Below the pieces are notes generated by a model that was given only the letters and a program-made list of their open reading frames with translations, was not told the DNA's origin and made no database searches. Source: Caedimonas varicaedens (GTDB taxonomy: Bacteria; Pseudomonadota; Alphaproteobacteria; Caedimonadales; Caedimonadaceae). From it: a stretch of 11,798 nt of DNA. Position numbers and translations under genes: made by a program. Shown here piece by piece: positions 1-9,686 of the stretch (position 1 is the stretch's first letter; every line of letters begins with the position of its first letter). The stretch is taken from assembly GCA_001192655.1 (NCBI GenBank), contig BBVC01000102.1, forward strand, positions 1 to 11,798, given 5' to 3'.

Positions 1-122
1 GTCTTGTCAGTGCTTTCCCGCAAGGCATAAGGTAGTATAGGAGCATCAGGGAACGTCATATCCAAATAGTCCTGGGCTTGGGTTTGAAGCGTATGCACCG
101 CATCTGCACGCAGTCGGATCAT
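1..122 (-). CDS. 5' part of an unidentified protein running off the left window edge; start uncertain
   Basis: By hand translation, one minus-strand frame is open from about 337 to position 1 (about 112 codons), and all three plus frames hit stops within about 40 nt. The first canonical start in this frame is ATG at 122..120 (MIRLRADAVHTLQTQAQDYLDMTFPDAPILPYALRESTDK...). Upstream in the same frame is a hydrophobic, TM-like stretch (ILTYGVVIFCACLLFSLLF) with no ATG/GTG/TTG before it. I recognise no family. Confidence 0.3.
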   Translation of the reverse strand, partial: MIRLRADAVHTLQTQAQDYLDMTFPDAPILPYALRESTDK

Positions 123-306
123 ATAATTCCAAGTCTGGGATTGTTCTTGTAAACGTAGCTGAAGATAATTTAAGCGTGAAGCATAATTTTCCTTGAATAA
201 CAGGCTGAAAAGAAGACAGGCACAAAAGATGACGACACCATACGTTAGGATAATAATTTTATTAAAGCGGGAAAAAAAAGTAAGTCGTTCCGCTTTTGTA
301 ATATTA

Positions 307-2145
307 TCAGGCGTTATTTGGATCGTTATTCTCCCTTTTCATAACATATGTTCCTGGTGCGCTTCCAAGAGGGGGAAACTTTTTCGAACCCACTGAGCGC
401 GCATCAACTTTAGTGCCCAAATAGGGAGAAATCCATGGTAGCCAATCATTCCACCATGAGCCCGCATGTTGTGTTGCATTTTTCAACCAATCATGAGAGT
501 TTGTAGGATATTGATCATAAGTCCAATAACGATATTTCTGGTTTTTTGGATGATTGAATACCCCGGCAATATGTCCCGAATCTCCCAAAACAAATCGAAG
601 GGGGCCCTTAAAAACATGAGTTCCTGCGTATCCGCAATGCCATGGAGCAATGTGATCTTCATGAGTATTAAGGATATAAGTAGGAGTTGTGATGTTTTGT
701 AAAATGATGGGTTTGCCATTCATGACAAGCTTCCCTGGTTCAATCAAGCGATTTTTGAGAAATATTTCACGTAAATAGTAGGTGTACATCACTGCAGGAA
801 GGTTTGTGGAATCTGAATTCCAGTAAAGAAGGTCAAAAGCAGCAGGTTCTTCTCCCAACAGATAATTATTAACAACAAACCACCAAATTAAATCATTCGC
901 TCTTAATAAATTAAAAGTCCGTGCAAGTCTTTTTCCCTCTAAGTAACCCTTTGTTTTCATGATTAATTCAAGTTCTACAAGTTGTTTTTCATCAATAAAA
1001 ACATTCAGGTCTCCTGAGTTTTTAAAATCAAATAAGGCGGCAAAATAGGTTATGGAAGAGAAAGGAGATTTATTTTCAAGGGTTCGGTCTGAAGCGTAGC
1101 AAGAAAGGATTGTGCCGCCAATGCAATAGCCGATCGCATTCAGATAAAATTGGCGTGTAATTTCCTGGATGACCTTGACAGCTTCTCCCACGCCTTCGAA
1201 TACGTAATCCTCGAAAGTTTTAGCGGCCAATTTTTCATCGGGATTTACCCACGAAATGGTAAAAACTTGAATTCCCTGATCTAAACACCAGCGAATAAAA
1301 GAATTGTCTTCTCTCAAATCAAAAATGTAATACTTGTTGATGCAAGGGGGGACGAGTAAAAGCGGGATTTGGTGGACTTTTTGAGTTGTGGGGATATATT
1401 GGATAAGTTGAATCAGATCGTTCTGGAATATAACCTTTCCAGGGGTTGGTGCAATATTGACGCCTAATTTAAAGGCATCATAATCAACCATCTTAATATC
1501 AAGATTTCCTTTTCCGCTCTCAATATCCCGTATAAAATTTTCCATTCCTTGGACAAGGCTTTGTCCCCCTGATTCCATGATTTTTTTTAAGGCTTTGGGG
1601 TTGCTCCATAGAAAATTACTGGGTGCAAAAAAATCCGTTAACTGGCGTGTGTAGAAATCTACCTTAAGCGCTGTGTGTTTGTCCAATCCCTCAATCGAGT
1701 GTGCTGTTTTTCGCATCCAGCGATTCCAAAGCAAATAAGATTGTTTCAGGTAGTTAAAAAAAGGATTTTTCTGCCACATAGGATCTTGAAATCGGCGATC
1801 CCCTGGAAGAGTTGGGATAATAACCTTATTGTCAGGGTTATGAGCAAGGCTAGATTCAAGAATCATCCTTCCCAGTTCGTTTAAATCATTCATATATTCC
1901 TGGGTCGCTTCTGCCAACTTCTCAGGATTATAAAAAAGTTTGGCTGCGGCTTCTCCACACATCTGAGCCATATGCAGGGGATTAAGAGGAAAGCCTTCTT
2001 CCGTGCTTATTGTTGGATAACAGACAGGTTTTTTTTGTACAACATCCTGCAACTTCAGTCCTGCTTGCATGAGCGCTTCTGCCATCTCCAGCGGATCTAG
2101 AGTCTTTTCTTCTGTTGTTTTCTTAACATTTTCCAGCATTGTCAT
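307..2145 (-). CDS. phaC: Class I poly(3-hydroxyalkanoate) synthase (PHA polymerase)
   Basis: 612-aa ORF. It has the lipase-box-like G-x-C-x-G-G motif (GYCIGGT), conserved EDHIAPW and SGHIAG segments, and the length and layout of class I PhaC. The purine-rich CAGGGA lies directly before the first ATG, so the third-codon ATG at 2139 may be the real start. Confidence 0.92.
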   Translation of the reverse strand: MTMLENVKKTTEEKTLDPLEMAEALMQAGLKLQDVVQKKPVCYPTISTEEGFPLNPLHMAQMCGEAAAKLFYNPEKLAEATQEYMNDLNELGRMILESSLAHNPDNKVIIPTLPGDRRFQDPMWQKNPFFNYLKQSYLLWNRWMRKTAHSIEGLDKHTALKVDFYTRQLTDFFAPSNFLWSNPKALKKIMESGGQSLVQGMENFIRDIESGKGNLDIKMVDYDAFKLGVNIAPTPGKVIFQNDLIQLIQYIPTTQKVHQIPLLLVPPCINKYYIFDLREDNSFIRWCLDQGIQVFTISWVNPDEKLAAKTFEDYVFEGVGEAVKVIQEITRQFYLNAIGYCIGGTILSCYASDRTLENKSPFSSITYFAALFDFKNSGDLNVFIDEKQLVELELIMKTKGYLEGKRLARTFNLLRANDLIWWFVVNNYLLGEEPAAFDLLYWNSDSTNLPAVMYTYYLREIFLKNRLIEPGKLVMNGKPIILQNITTPTYILNTHEDHIAPWHCGYAGTHVFKGPLRFVLGDSGHIAGVFNHPKNQKYRYWTYDQYPTNSHDWLKNATQHAGSWWNDWLPWISPYLGTKVDARSVGSKKFPPLGSAPGTYVMKRENNDPNNA

Positions 2146-2214
2146 CCCTGTTCATACCGGCGATGTCAAGCGCATCGCTTTTTATTATCATTATGACGAT
2201 TTTTCTGCTTATGA

Positions 2215-2538
2215 TTATAAGCTTTCTGTGACCCATTCCTCCAGTTTATTTTTCTGAAGCAAACCTGTTTTGGTAGAGAGAGCTTTCCCATTTTTAAACA
2301 AAACCAGAGTCGGGATACTGCGGACACCATATAGAGTCGGTGTAGATGGATTTTCATCAACATTCATTTTTACCACCTTTAATTTCCCTTTCATGGATCC
2401 TGAAACTTCTTCCAGGATAGGTGCCAACATACGACAGGGACCACACCATTCTGCCCAGAAATCTACTAAAACAAGCCCCTGGGAATCTAAAACTTCCTGT
2501 TTAAAAGAAGCATCGTTAACGCTGACCGATCCGCTCAT
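2215..2538 (-). CDS. trxA: Thioredoxin
   Basis: 107-aa ORF with the WCGPC active site (DFWAEWCGPCR) and typical TrxA length. An AGGAG Shine-Dalgarno lies in AAAGGAGAGAGAGAA just upstream of the ATG. Confidence 0.95.
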   Translation of the reverse strand: MSGSVSVNDASFKQEVLDSQGLVLVDFWAEWCGPCRMLAPILEEVSGSMKGKLKVVKMNVDENPSTPTLYGVRSIPTLVLFKNGKALSTKTGLLQKNKLEEWVTESL

Positions 2539-2574
2539 TCTTCTCTCTCTCCTTTATATAACTAAGACATCCTC

Positions 2575-2603
2575 ACTTTATCCCACCCAAGGCTTGGGAA
2601 CAA
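2575..2603 (-). promoter_or_regulatory. Candidate sigma70-type promoter for trxA (TTGTTC-N17-TAAAGT)
   Basis: On the minus strand, TTGTTC (2603..2598), a 17-nt spacer, then TAAAGT (2580..2575), about 37 nt upstream of the trxA ATG. The spacer contains the palindrome CCCAAGGCTTGGG. This is motif matching by eye only. Confidence 0.3.
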
Positions 2604-2666
2604 GGATGTTCATTGATTATTTTATAAGAAAAAATAGGGCGAAAATAATGGATAAGAAGTTTGTTG

Positions 2667-2697
2667 CATGTGGCGGATATTATTATCCTGCCACATG
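2667..2697 (-). terminator. Hairpin downstream of the BI-1-family gene; possible intrinsic terminator
   Basis: CATGTGGC (2667..2674) pairs perfectly with GCCACATG (2690..2697), and two further G-C pairs are possible around a bulged T. It begins 14 nt after the stop at 2711. The trailing U-tract on the minus strand is weak (CAACAAACTTCTTATCC...). Confidence 0.35.
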
Positions 2698-2710
2698 ATA
2701 AAGACTAGTT

Positions 2711-3430
2711 TTAGCCTCTGCGATCTCCAATAAAACGCAAGAGGTAAAGAAAGAGATTGATAAAGTCGAGATACAACTGAAGAGCGCCCATAATAGACTT
2801 CTTTTCGATGGCTGTGCTGTCATCACCATCATAGTATAATCCCTTGATCATTTGAGTATCGTACGCCGTAAGTCCTACGAAAATAAAGACACCAATGATT
2901 GATAGCGCAAACTCAAGAGCCGAGCTATGCAGAAAAAGATTAACAAGGCTTGCAAGGATGAGGCCGATCAATCCCATAAACAGGAATGAACCCAGTTCAG
3001 TTAAATCCCTCTTTGTTGTATAACCATACAGGCTCATCGCTGCAAAAGTACCTGCAGTAATAAAAAATGTTTTGGCAATACTTGTCCCTGTATAAATAAT
3101 AAATATAGAGGATAGGGATAAACCCATCGTTGTAGCAAACGCCCAAAAGACCATCTGCGCCGTTGAAACAGACATTGTTTGGATTTTAAACCCCAGAAAC
3201 AGAACAAAACCCAGTGGAGCAAGCATCACTACGTAATGGAGACCTGTACCAAAAATAGCGCGCATCATAGAAGGGCTTGTGGAGAGCAAAAAGGCAACTA
3301 GCCCTGTCAGCACCAACCCCAAAGCCATATAGTTATAAACGCCTAGCATATAACTTCTCAGCCCCTGATCGTAGGTGCTTGACCCTGCTCCCAATTTCTC
3401 AATAGCGCTGCGATCAAAATTATCCCGCAT
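2711..3430 (-). CDS. Bax inhibitor-1/YccA family (UPF0005) inner-membrane protein
   Basis: 239-aa ORF with about seven hydrophobic helices. It has the family-typical N-terminus (...SYMLGVYNYMALGLVLTG...) and C-terminal LYLDFINLFLYLLRF segment. Confidence 0.85.
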   Translation of the reverse strand: MRDNFDRSAIEKLGAGSSTYDQGLRSYMLGVYNYMALGLVLTGLVAFLLSTSPSMMRAIFGTGLHYVVMLAPLGFVLFLGFKIQTMSVSTAQMVFWAFATTMGLSLSSIFIIYTGTSIAKTFFITAGTFAAMSLYGYTTKRDLTELGSFLFMGLIGLILASLVNLFLHSSALEFALSIIGVFIFVGLTAYDTQMIKGLYYDGDDSTAIEKKSIMGALQLYLDFINLFLYLLRFIGDRRG

Positions 3431-3495
3431 GTTTTAGCTCCTTTTTGCTTTTAAGGAATTATAGCTGAGCGGCAAGATGAAGACAAGATGCTTAA

Positions 3496-4092
3496 TTATT
3501 GTATAAATGAGGAACGTTGCATTGTAGGCAACCCAAGATATTTATTAATCCAAGGATCCTTTGCTGAGAAAAAAGTATAGGATAAGGTGATTGTTTTGAC
3601 ATCCCGCGCTTGGGCATCCCGTATAATCTCAGGATCAATAAAGAATTGTACGGCCATATCAATAGATTGATGCGGCTGAAGCGTTTGTTCTTCAAAGCAG
3701 AAGCAATCGATTTTGTTGAAATAGGGACCCGCTTTATCAGGCGTGACATTATAAGTCGCAATGCCGACAATAGGAAAAGCTGTATTATTCTTGACGCGGT
3801 AAAAAGCCAATCCTACTTCTCCTGCTCTTATCACAAGATGATTTTGCAGAGGTTCAAAAGACCAGTCCAGATCTCGGTGAACACTTGCATTAAATCGGAT
3901 ATTAAGGGGATAATTGCTTATTTCATTGCCTGCCCTCAGCGCTATTTTTGGTGTACCCCCGTATCCGGTGCGCTGGCAAAAAAGACGATACAGTGGGACA
4001 GAAGCAAAGGATAAAACACACATCACTCCTACCAGGCATATCAGGAAAATAAGAATGCAACGATGCTGATGGGGAATATTCCTCTCAGACAT
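3496..4092 (-). CDS. ctaG: Cytochrome c oxidase assembly protein CtaG/Cox11 (CuB insertion)
   Basis: 198-aa ORF with an N-terminal TM anchor, VPLYRLFCQRTGYGGTP, and the copper-binding CFCF motif (KIDCFCFEEQTL). Confidence 0.92.
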   Translation of the reverse strand: MSERNIPHQHRCILIFLICLVGVMCVLSFASVPLYRLFCQRTGYGGTPKIALRAGNEISNYPLNIRFNASVHRDLDWSFEPLQNHLVIRAGEVGLAFYRVKNNTAFPIVGIATYNVTPDKAGPYFNKIDCFCFEEQTLQPHQSIDMAVQFFIDPEIIRDAQARDVKTITLSYTFFSAKDPWINKYLGLPTMQRSSFIQ

Positions 4093-4098
4093 AAAAAA

Positions 4099-4233
4099 TC
4101 ATGATGTTTTTAAACGAACGATTGCAAGACCATAAAAAAGCGCAACAAGAGCCAAAAGAGCTATTAAGGTAACAAGATTTTTAGATCGTAATCGCCTATC
4201 CAATGGTCGCAAGGAACTTTTTTCTCTCGCCAT
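4099..4233 (-). CDS. Small single-pass membrane protein (44 aa) between ctaB and ctaG; absent from the ORF track
   Basis: Hand translation gives ATG at 4233..4231 and TGA at 4101..4099: MAREKSSLRPLDRRLRSKNLVTLIALLALVALFYGLAIVRLKTS. A perfect AGGAGG (4246..4241) lies 7 nt upstream of the ATG. The basic N-terminus followed by one hydrophobic helix fits an N-in membrane topology. The ORF fills the ctaB-ctaG gap, with its stop 6 nt before the ctaG ATG. Confidence 0.55.
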   Translation of the reverse strand: MAREKSSLRPLDRRLRSKNLVTLIALLALVALFYGLAIVRLKTS

Positions 4234-4249
4234 TTCTGAACCTCCTATG

Positions 4250-5151
4250 TCAATTTACTAACATCCCCATAAATAAAAGGAATAAGTAAAGTATAGAGAA
4301 TAAAAATAGCTTTTTGCAATCCCCTTGAAGCCCTTTTTGAAAAATTTTTATTGCCAATGCTAAAAATAATATGCCCAGAATGAACGCTGTAATCCCATAT
4401 ATCATTCCTTGAAAGTGGAAAAAATACGGCATGAGAGAGACAATAAAGAGAAACAGCGCGTAAAGTAAAATTTGCCGGCGCGTTTCAAGTTGACCTGCGA
4501 CATTGGGCAGCATGGGGATGTGCGCTTTATGGTAATCATCTGACCGGTTTAAAGCCAATGCCCAAAAATGGGGGGGAGTCCATAAAAAAATAATGGCAAA
4601 TAAAAGCCATGGTTCAAGGGAAAGAGAAGAACCTGTCGCAACCCAGCCAATCATGGGCGGGAAAGCCCCCGCTGCACCACCGATCACAATATTGTAGGGA
4701 GTGCTTCTTTTAAGCCAAACAGTGTAAATGATAACATAGAAAAAAATAGAAAAGGCAAGAAGACCTGCTGCAAACAGGTTGGCAGACAAAGTCATCAGTA
4801 AAACTGAAAGAAGGCTGAGAATAACACCAAAAGCAAGAGCATCTCCCGGGGCAATGCGACCTTGCGGAATCGGACGTTTTTGGGTTCGCTTCATGAGACC
4901 ATCAATATCGCAATCATACCACATATTAATGGCGCCTGCGCCCCCTGAACCAAGCGCAATTGCTAAAAGAGCCGCAAATTTTAAAAAGGGATGCAGGTTC
5001 CCGGGCGCCAGCATCATGCCTGTATAACCTGTAAAAACAACCAGGGACATAACGCCTGGTTTGAGAAGAGTTATAAAATCCTGTACGGTTGCTTCTTCTG
5101 AAGAAACAGGGCAGGGGGAAACTTGTGAAAAGCGAGAGAGGCTTATATCCA

Positions 5152-5155
<4 letters not shown>
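4250..5155 (-). CDS. ctaB: Protoheme IX farnesyltransferase (heme O synthase)
   Basis: 301-aa polytopic UbiA-superfamily ORF ([32 protein letters not shown]). Its ATG (5155..5153) overlaps the coxA TGA (5154..5152) as ATGA, which suggests translational coupling. Confidence 0.93.
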
Positions 5156-6794
<1,639 letters not shown>

Positions 6795-6872
6795 TCAAAA
6801 TAGAGAACAAACTTTGGAACCTTCTCCTGCTTGTGTAGTTTGCGCGAGGCTTAATTTTCCCGTTCGCGGACC

Positions 6873-7718
6873 TCATTCCTGAAATCTTTCAGGCATATAT
6901 TTGGCTAAGATAACGAAAGAGTGTTGTAGCATGAAATTGGCTCGTGCAAACTTTTGTTTTGCCTGCTCAAGCCAAATTTTATACTCCTCTTTGGAAACAG
7001 CCTTGATCACAATGGGCATAAAAGCATGGTTAACGCCGCAAATTTCTGAGCATTGCCCATGATAAATTCCTTCCTTATTGATGCGCATCCAGGTTTCACG
7101 CAGGCGCCCCGGAATGCTGTCTTGCTTGATGCCAAGAGCTGGGACAGCAAAAGAATGGATCACATCGGCCGCAGTCATCAAAAGGCGAATATTGGCACCC
7201 ACAGGAACAATGACCTGATTATCAACTTCCAAAAGACGCTTCATCCCTGGTTTTAAATCTTTGTCCGCGATCATATAACTGTCAAAAGAAACCTTATCAT
7301 CGGGATATTCATAGCTCCAATACCATTGATGCCCCGTAATTTTAAGTGTTAGTTCCGCCTCTTTGGTTTTATCCATAAAATACAGGAGATTGAGGGAAGG
7401 GAAGGCAATAACTCCGATAATCAGAGTTGGAATAAGAGTCCAGACAATTTCAAGAGGCGTATTATGGGTAGTCTTTGAGGGGACTGGATGACGACGAGCA
7501 TTAAACCTGAAGACCACATACAACAACAATAAAAAGACAAGCACAGCAATTGCTGTAATAATGATTAACAGCAAATGATGTAATTCATGAATTTTTTCAG
7601 CTGTTGGAGAGGCCGCTGTCTGAAACCCTTTTCCCCATTGCACAGGATACGCTGCCATCGCCAACAGCGGATACATACTGAGGAATATTGCAACAAACCA
7701 AGATCTGAAACGAGGCAT
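6873..7718 (-). CDS. coxB: Cytochrome c oxidase subunit II (CuA subunit)
   Basis: 281-aa ORF with a signal-like N-terminus, two TM helices and the CuA site (VIHSFAVPALG ... CSEICGVNHAFMP). Confidence 0.93.
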   Translation of the reverse strand: MPRFRSWFVAIFLSMYPLLAMAAYPVQWGKGFQTAASPTAEKIHELHHLLLIIITAIAVLVFLLLLYVVFRFNARRHPVPSKTTHNTPLEIVWTLIPTLIIGVIAFPSLNLLYFMDKTKEAELTLKITGHQWYWSYEYPDDKVSFDSYMIADKDLKPGMKRLLEVDNQVIVPVGANIRLLMTAADVIHSFAVPALGIKQDSIPGRLRETWMRINKEGIYHGQCSEICGVNHAFMPIVIKAVSKEEYKIWLEQAKQKFARANFMLQHSFVILAKYMPERFQE

Positions 7719-7747
7719 CTATCTGTTCAACATTGTATTTTCTCTCG

Positions 7748-7776
7748 AGTATACATGCACAACTCTTATTTCGCAA
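7748..7776 (-). promoter_or_regulatory. Candidate sigma70-type promoter for the cox operon (TTGCGA-N17-TATACT)
   Basis: On the minus strand, TTGCGA (7776..7771), a 17-nt spacer, then TATACT (7753..7748), about 30 nt upstream of the coxB ATG. By-eye motif match only. Confidence 0.3.
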
Positions 7777-7813
7777 TTAAGTGTTTGGTAATCAGAAAAT
7801 ATTTCAGAACCCA

Positions 7814-7842
7814 TTGAAAGTGCTGAAAGCTTTTATTACAAT
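7814..7842 (+). promoter_or_regulatory. Candidate sigma70-type promoter for the FAD monooxygenase gene (TTGAAA-N17-TACAAT)
   Basis: TTGAAA at 7814..7819, an exactly 17-nt spacer, then TACAAT at 7837..7842, 34 nt upstream of the ATG at 7876. The purine-rich GAGGGGGTGAGG lies between it and the ATG. By-eye motif match only. Confidence 0.4.
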
Positions 7843-7875
7843 TGGACATATTAAAAATAGAGGGGGTGAGGCATC

Positions 7876-9108
7876 ATGTTGTCTCTTTTCAGTTTTTCGA
7901 CTTTTCTGGGGGTTATCATGAGTTTTACGTCAACTGTTCAGGCTTGTGCTACAGAAGCGTGCTCAGAAGAACTTGACCTTATTTCTTATCCAAAGATTTT
8001 AATTGTTGGCGGAGGACTCGCAGGGCTTACAGTCGCAAAAGTTTTGGAAGATGCTGGTTATCAGCCCCGACTTGTAGAGAAAAAGAATACTTTTGGATCC
8101 GAGGGAGCAGGAATTGCTCTTCCGGCAAATGCAAGCTGGGCGCTTGAGCAATTAGGCATCGATTATAAAGATAAAGCGCATCATATTAAGAGAATGCACT
8201 TTACAGATGAAAAAGGAACTATCTTGAGCGACGAAGATATTACAGAAATCCATGCGCAAGGTGCTCAATTTTATTCTATATCGCGCGCTTCACTTCATGA
8301 AATTCTCAAAAAATATCTCAAATATACCCAGATTAATATGGGAATGACGGTTAAGGGGCTTGAAGAAGAAGCTTCAGGTATCAGAGTATTTTTTTCTGAT
8401 TTGACAGAAGCCTGTTATGATCTGGTTATTGCAGCGGATGGTGCAAATTCCGGGATCAGGCATCTTTGTGAGCCAAATTATCAGCTTTGTCCTCTTGGAC
8501 TCCATGTCTGGAGAACGATTATCAGTACGCCTGGGGATCTTCAACACCCTACATATATGCTAGGGGATGATCGTGTATTCTTATTATATCCCATGAACGA
8601 AAATGAAACCTATATTTATGCTCACAAAGTGGAACCCGAGTTATCACTTGATCATCATGAGACAGCACTGAATGATATGACGGGGTTGTTCAGAGATTTT
8701 GGGGGGTATGTTCCCGCGGTACTTCAGGATCTTGTGGAAAAAAATCAACCTATTTCTTCTCACTTTCTCTACACTTCACCTACTATTAAATGGCATCATC
8801 ATGAAAGAATCTTATTTGTTGGCGATGCAGCGCATACTTTTTCTCCCATGCTTCAAAATGGTGGAGCACAAGCGTTTGAAGATGCTTACATCCTGGAAGA
8901 GCTTTTAAGAAAAACGAAAACTTTTTCTGCATTGCTTAATGCATTTTCTGAGCGTCGGAATGAGCGCGTTACATGGGTGAAAAATGCTTCAGACCAGAAA
9001 ATTATTGCTCTTAGCAAACAACAGGCAGAAGAAAGAAATCAAAAAATTCGCCAGGAAGGCGCGCCCAATATCAAAGGTTTTAAAATACTTATGAAAGAAA
9101 AACCTTAA
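7876..9108 (+). CDS. FAD-dependent aromatic-ring monooxygenase (UbiH/salicylate hydroxylase-like class A flavoprotein) with a hydrophobic N-terminal extension
   Basis: 410-aa ORF. It has the Rossmann GxGxxG motif (KILIVGGGLAGLTVA...VEKK), the DG motif (ADGANSGIR) and the GD motif (VGDAAHTFSPMLQNGGAQAFEDA). The substrate cannot be assigned from sequence. An alternative start is the ATG at 7918. Confidence 0.85.
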   Translation: MLSLFSFSTFLGVIMSFTSTVQACATEACSEELDLISYPKILIVGGGLAGLTVAKVLEDAGYQPRLVEKKNTFGSEGAGIALPANASWALEQLGIDYKDKAHHIKRMHFTDEKGTILSDEDITEIHAQGAQFYSISRASLHEILKKYLKYTQINMGMTVKGLEEEASGIRVFFSDLTEACYDLVIAADGANSGIRHLCEPNYQLCPLGLHVWRTIISTPGDLQHPTYMLGDDRVFLLYPMNENETYIYAHKVEPELSLDHHETALNDMTGLFRDFGGYVPAVLQDLVEKNQPISSHFLYTSPTIKWHHHERILFVGDAAHTFSPMLQNGGAQAFEDAYILEELLRKTKTFSALLNAFSERRNERVTWVKNASDQKIIALSKQQAEERNQKIRQEGAPNIKGFKILMKEKP

Positions 9109-9212
9109 TTTTCAATATAAAAGAAGAGAAAAGAAAATTCTCATACAAAGTATAAAAAAACATAAATACTCTACAATTTACTGCAGAATATTTATATTTC
9201 TATATATGATAT

Positions 9213-9228
9213 GAGGGAGATTTCCCTC
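9213..9228. terminator. Short hairpin between convergent genes; possible bidirectional terminator
   Basis: GAGGGA (9213..9218), loop GATT, then TCCCTC (9223..9228). It lies 5 nt after the mucR stop and about 105 nt after the monooxygenase stop, in AT-rich flanks. There is no clean U-tract on either side. Confidence 0.35.
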
Positions 9229-9233
9229 TAAAA

Positions 9234-9686
9234 TTAGGCAGCTTTTGCGGCAGATTTTCTTTTGCGTCCCAATCCAATTTTCATAGCTAAGCTGCTGCGT
9301 TGTTTCGCGTAATTAGGTGCAACCATCGGGTAATCAGGCCCCAGATTCCAACGTTCACGATATTGCTCGGGTGTCATATTGAAAGAAGTTTTAAGATGAC
9401 GCTTCAGCATTTTGAGCTTTTTTCCATCTTCAAGGCAAATAATATAATCATCATGAATAGATTTTTTAACAGGAACGGCTGGCTCAGGACGGTCTGCAGA
9501 AGCCATAGGGGAACCACCCAATTCTGCAAGAGATGAATAGACTTGTCTTATTATTTTTGACAAATCTGCCATTTCAACTTGGTTATTGGAGACATACTGC
9601 GAAACGATATCTGTTGTCATGCTAAGCAGATCAACGGCCATCATTTCACTGGCAGGTCGGTTAAAATTAGTTGTCATGATTTTCAT
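9234..9686 (-). CDS. mucR: Ros/MucR family transcriptional regulator
   Basis: 150-aa ORF with clear colinearity to Ros/MucR: DIVSQYVSNN at the N-terminus and ...IICLEDGKKLKMLKRHLKTSFNMTPEQYRERWNLGPDYPMVAPNYAKQRSSLAMKIGLGRKRK at the C-terminus. GAGGA abuts the first ATG, so the second ATG at 9677 (MTTNF...) has better SD spacing and is the likelier start. Confidence 0.9.
   Translation of the reverse strand: MKIMTTNFNRPASEMMAVDLLSMTTDIVSQYVSNNQVEMADLSKIIRQVYSSLAELGGSPMASADRPEPAVPVKKSIHDDYIICLEDGKKLKMLKRHLKTSFNMTPEQYRERWNLGPDYPMVAPNYAKQRSSLAMKIGLGRKRKSAAKAA

Noticed and set aside
2160-2183. The hairpin GCGATG-N7-CATCGC followed by TTTTT in the trxA-phaC spacer looks like an intrinsic terminator.
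   Set aside because: The T-tract follows the hairpin only on the plus strand, where no gene is being transcribed. On the coding (minus) strand the hairpin is preceded, not followed, by the A/U run. It is therefore not a terminator for trxA and is at most a leader structure.
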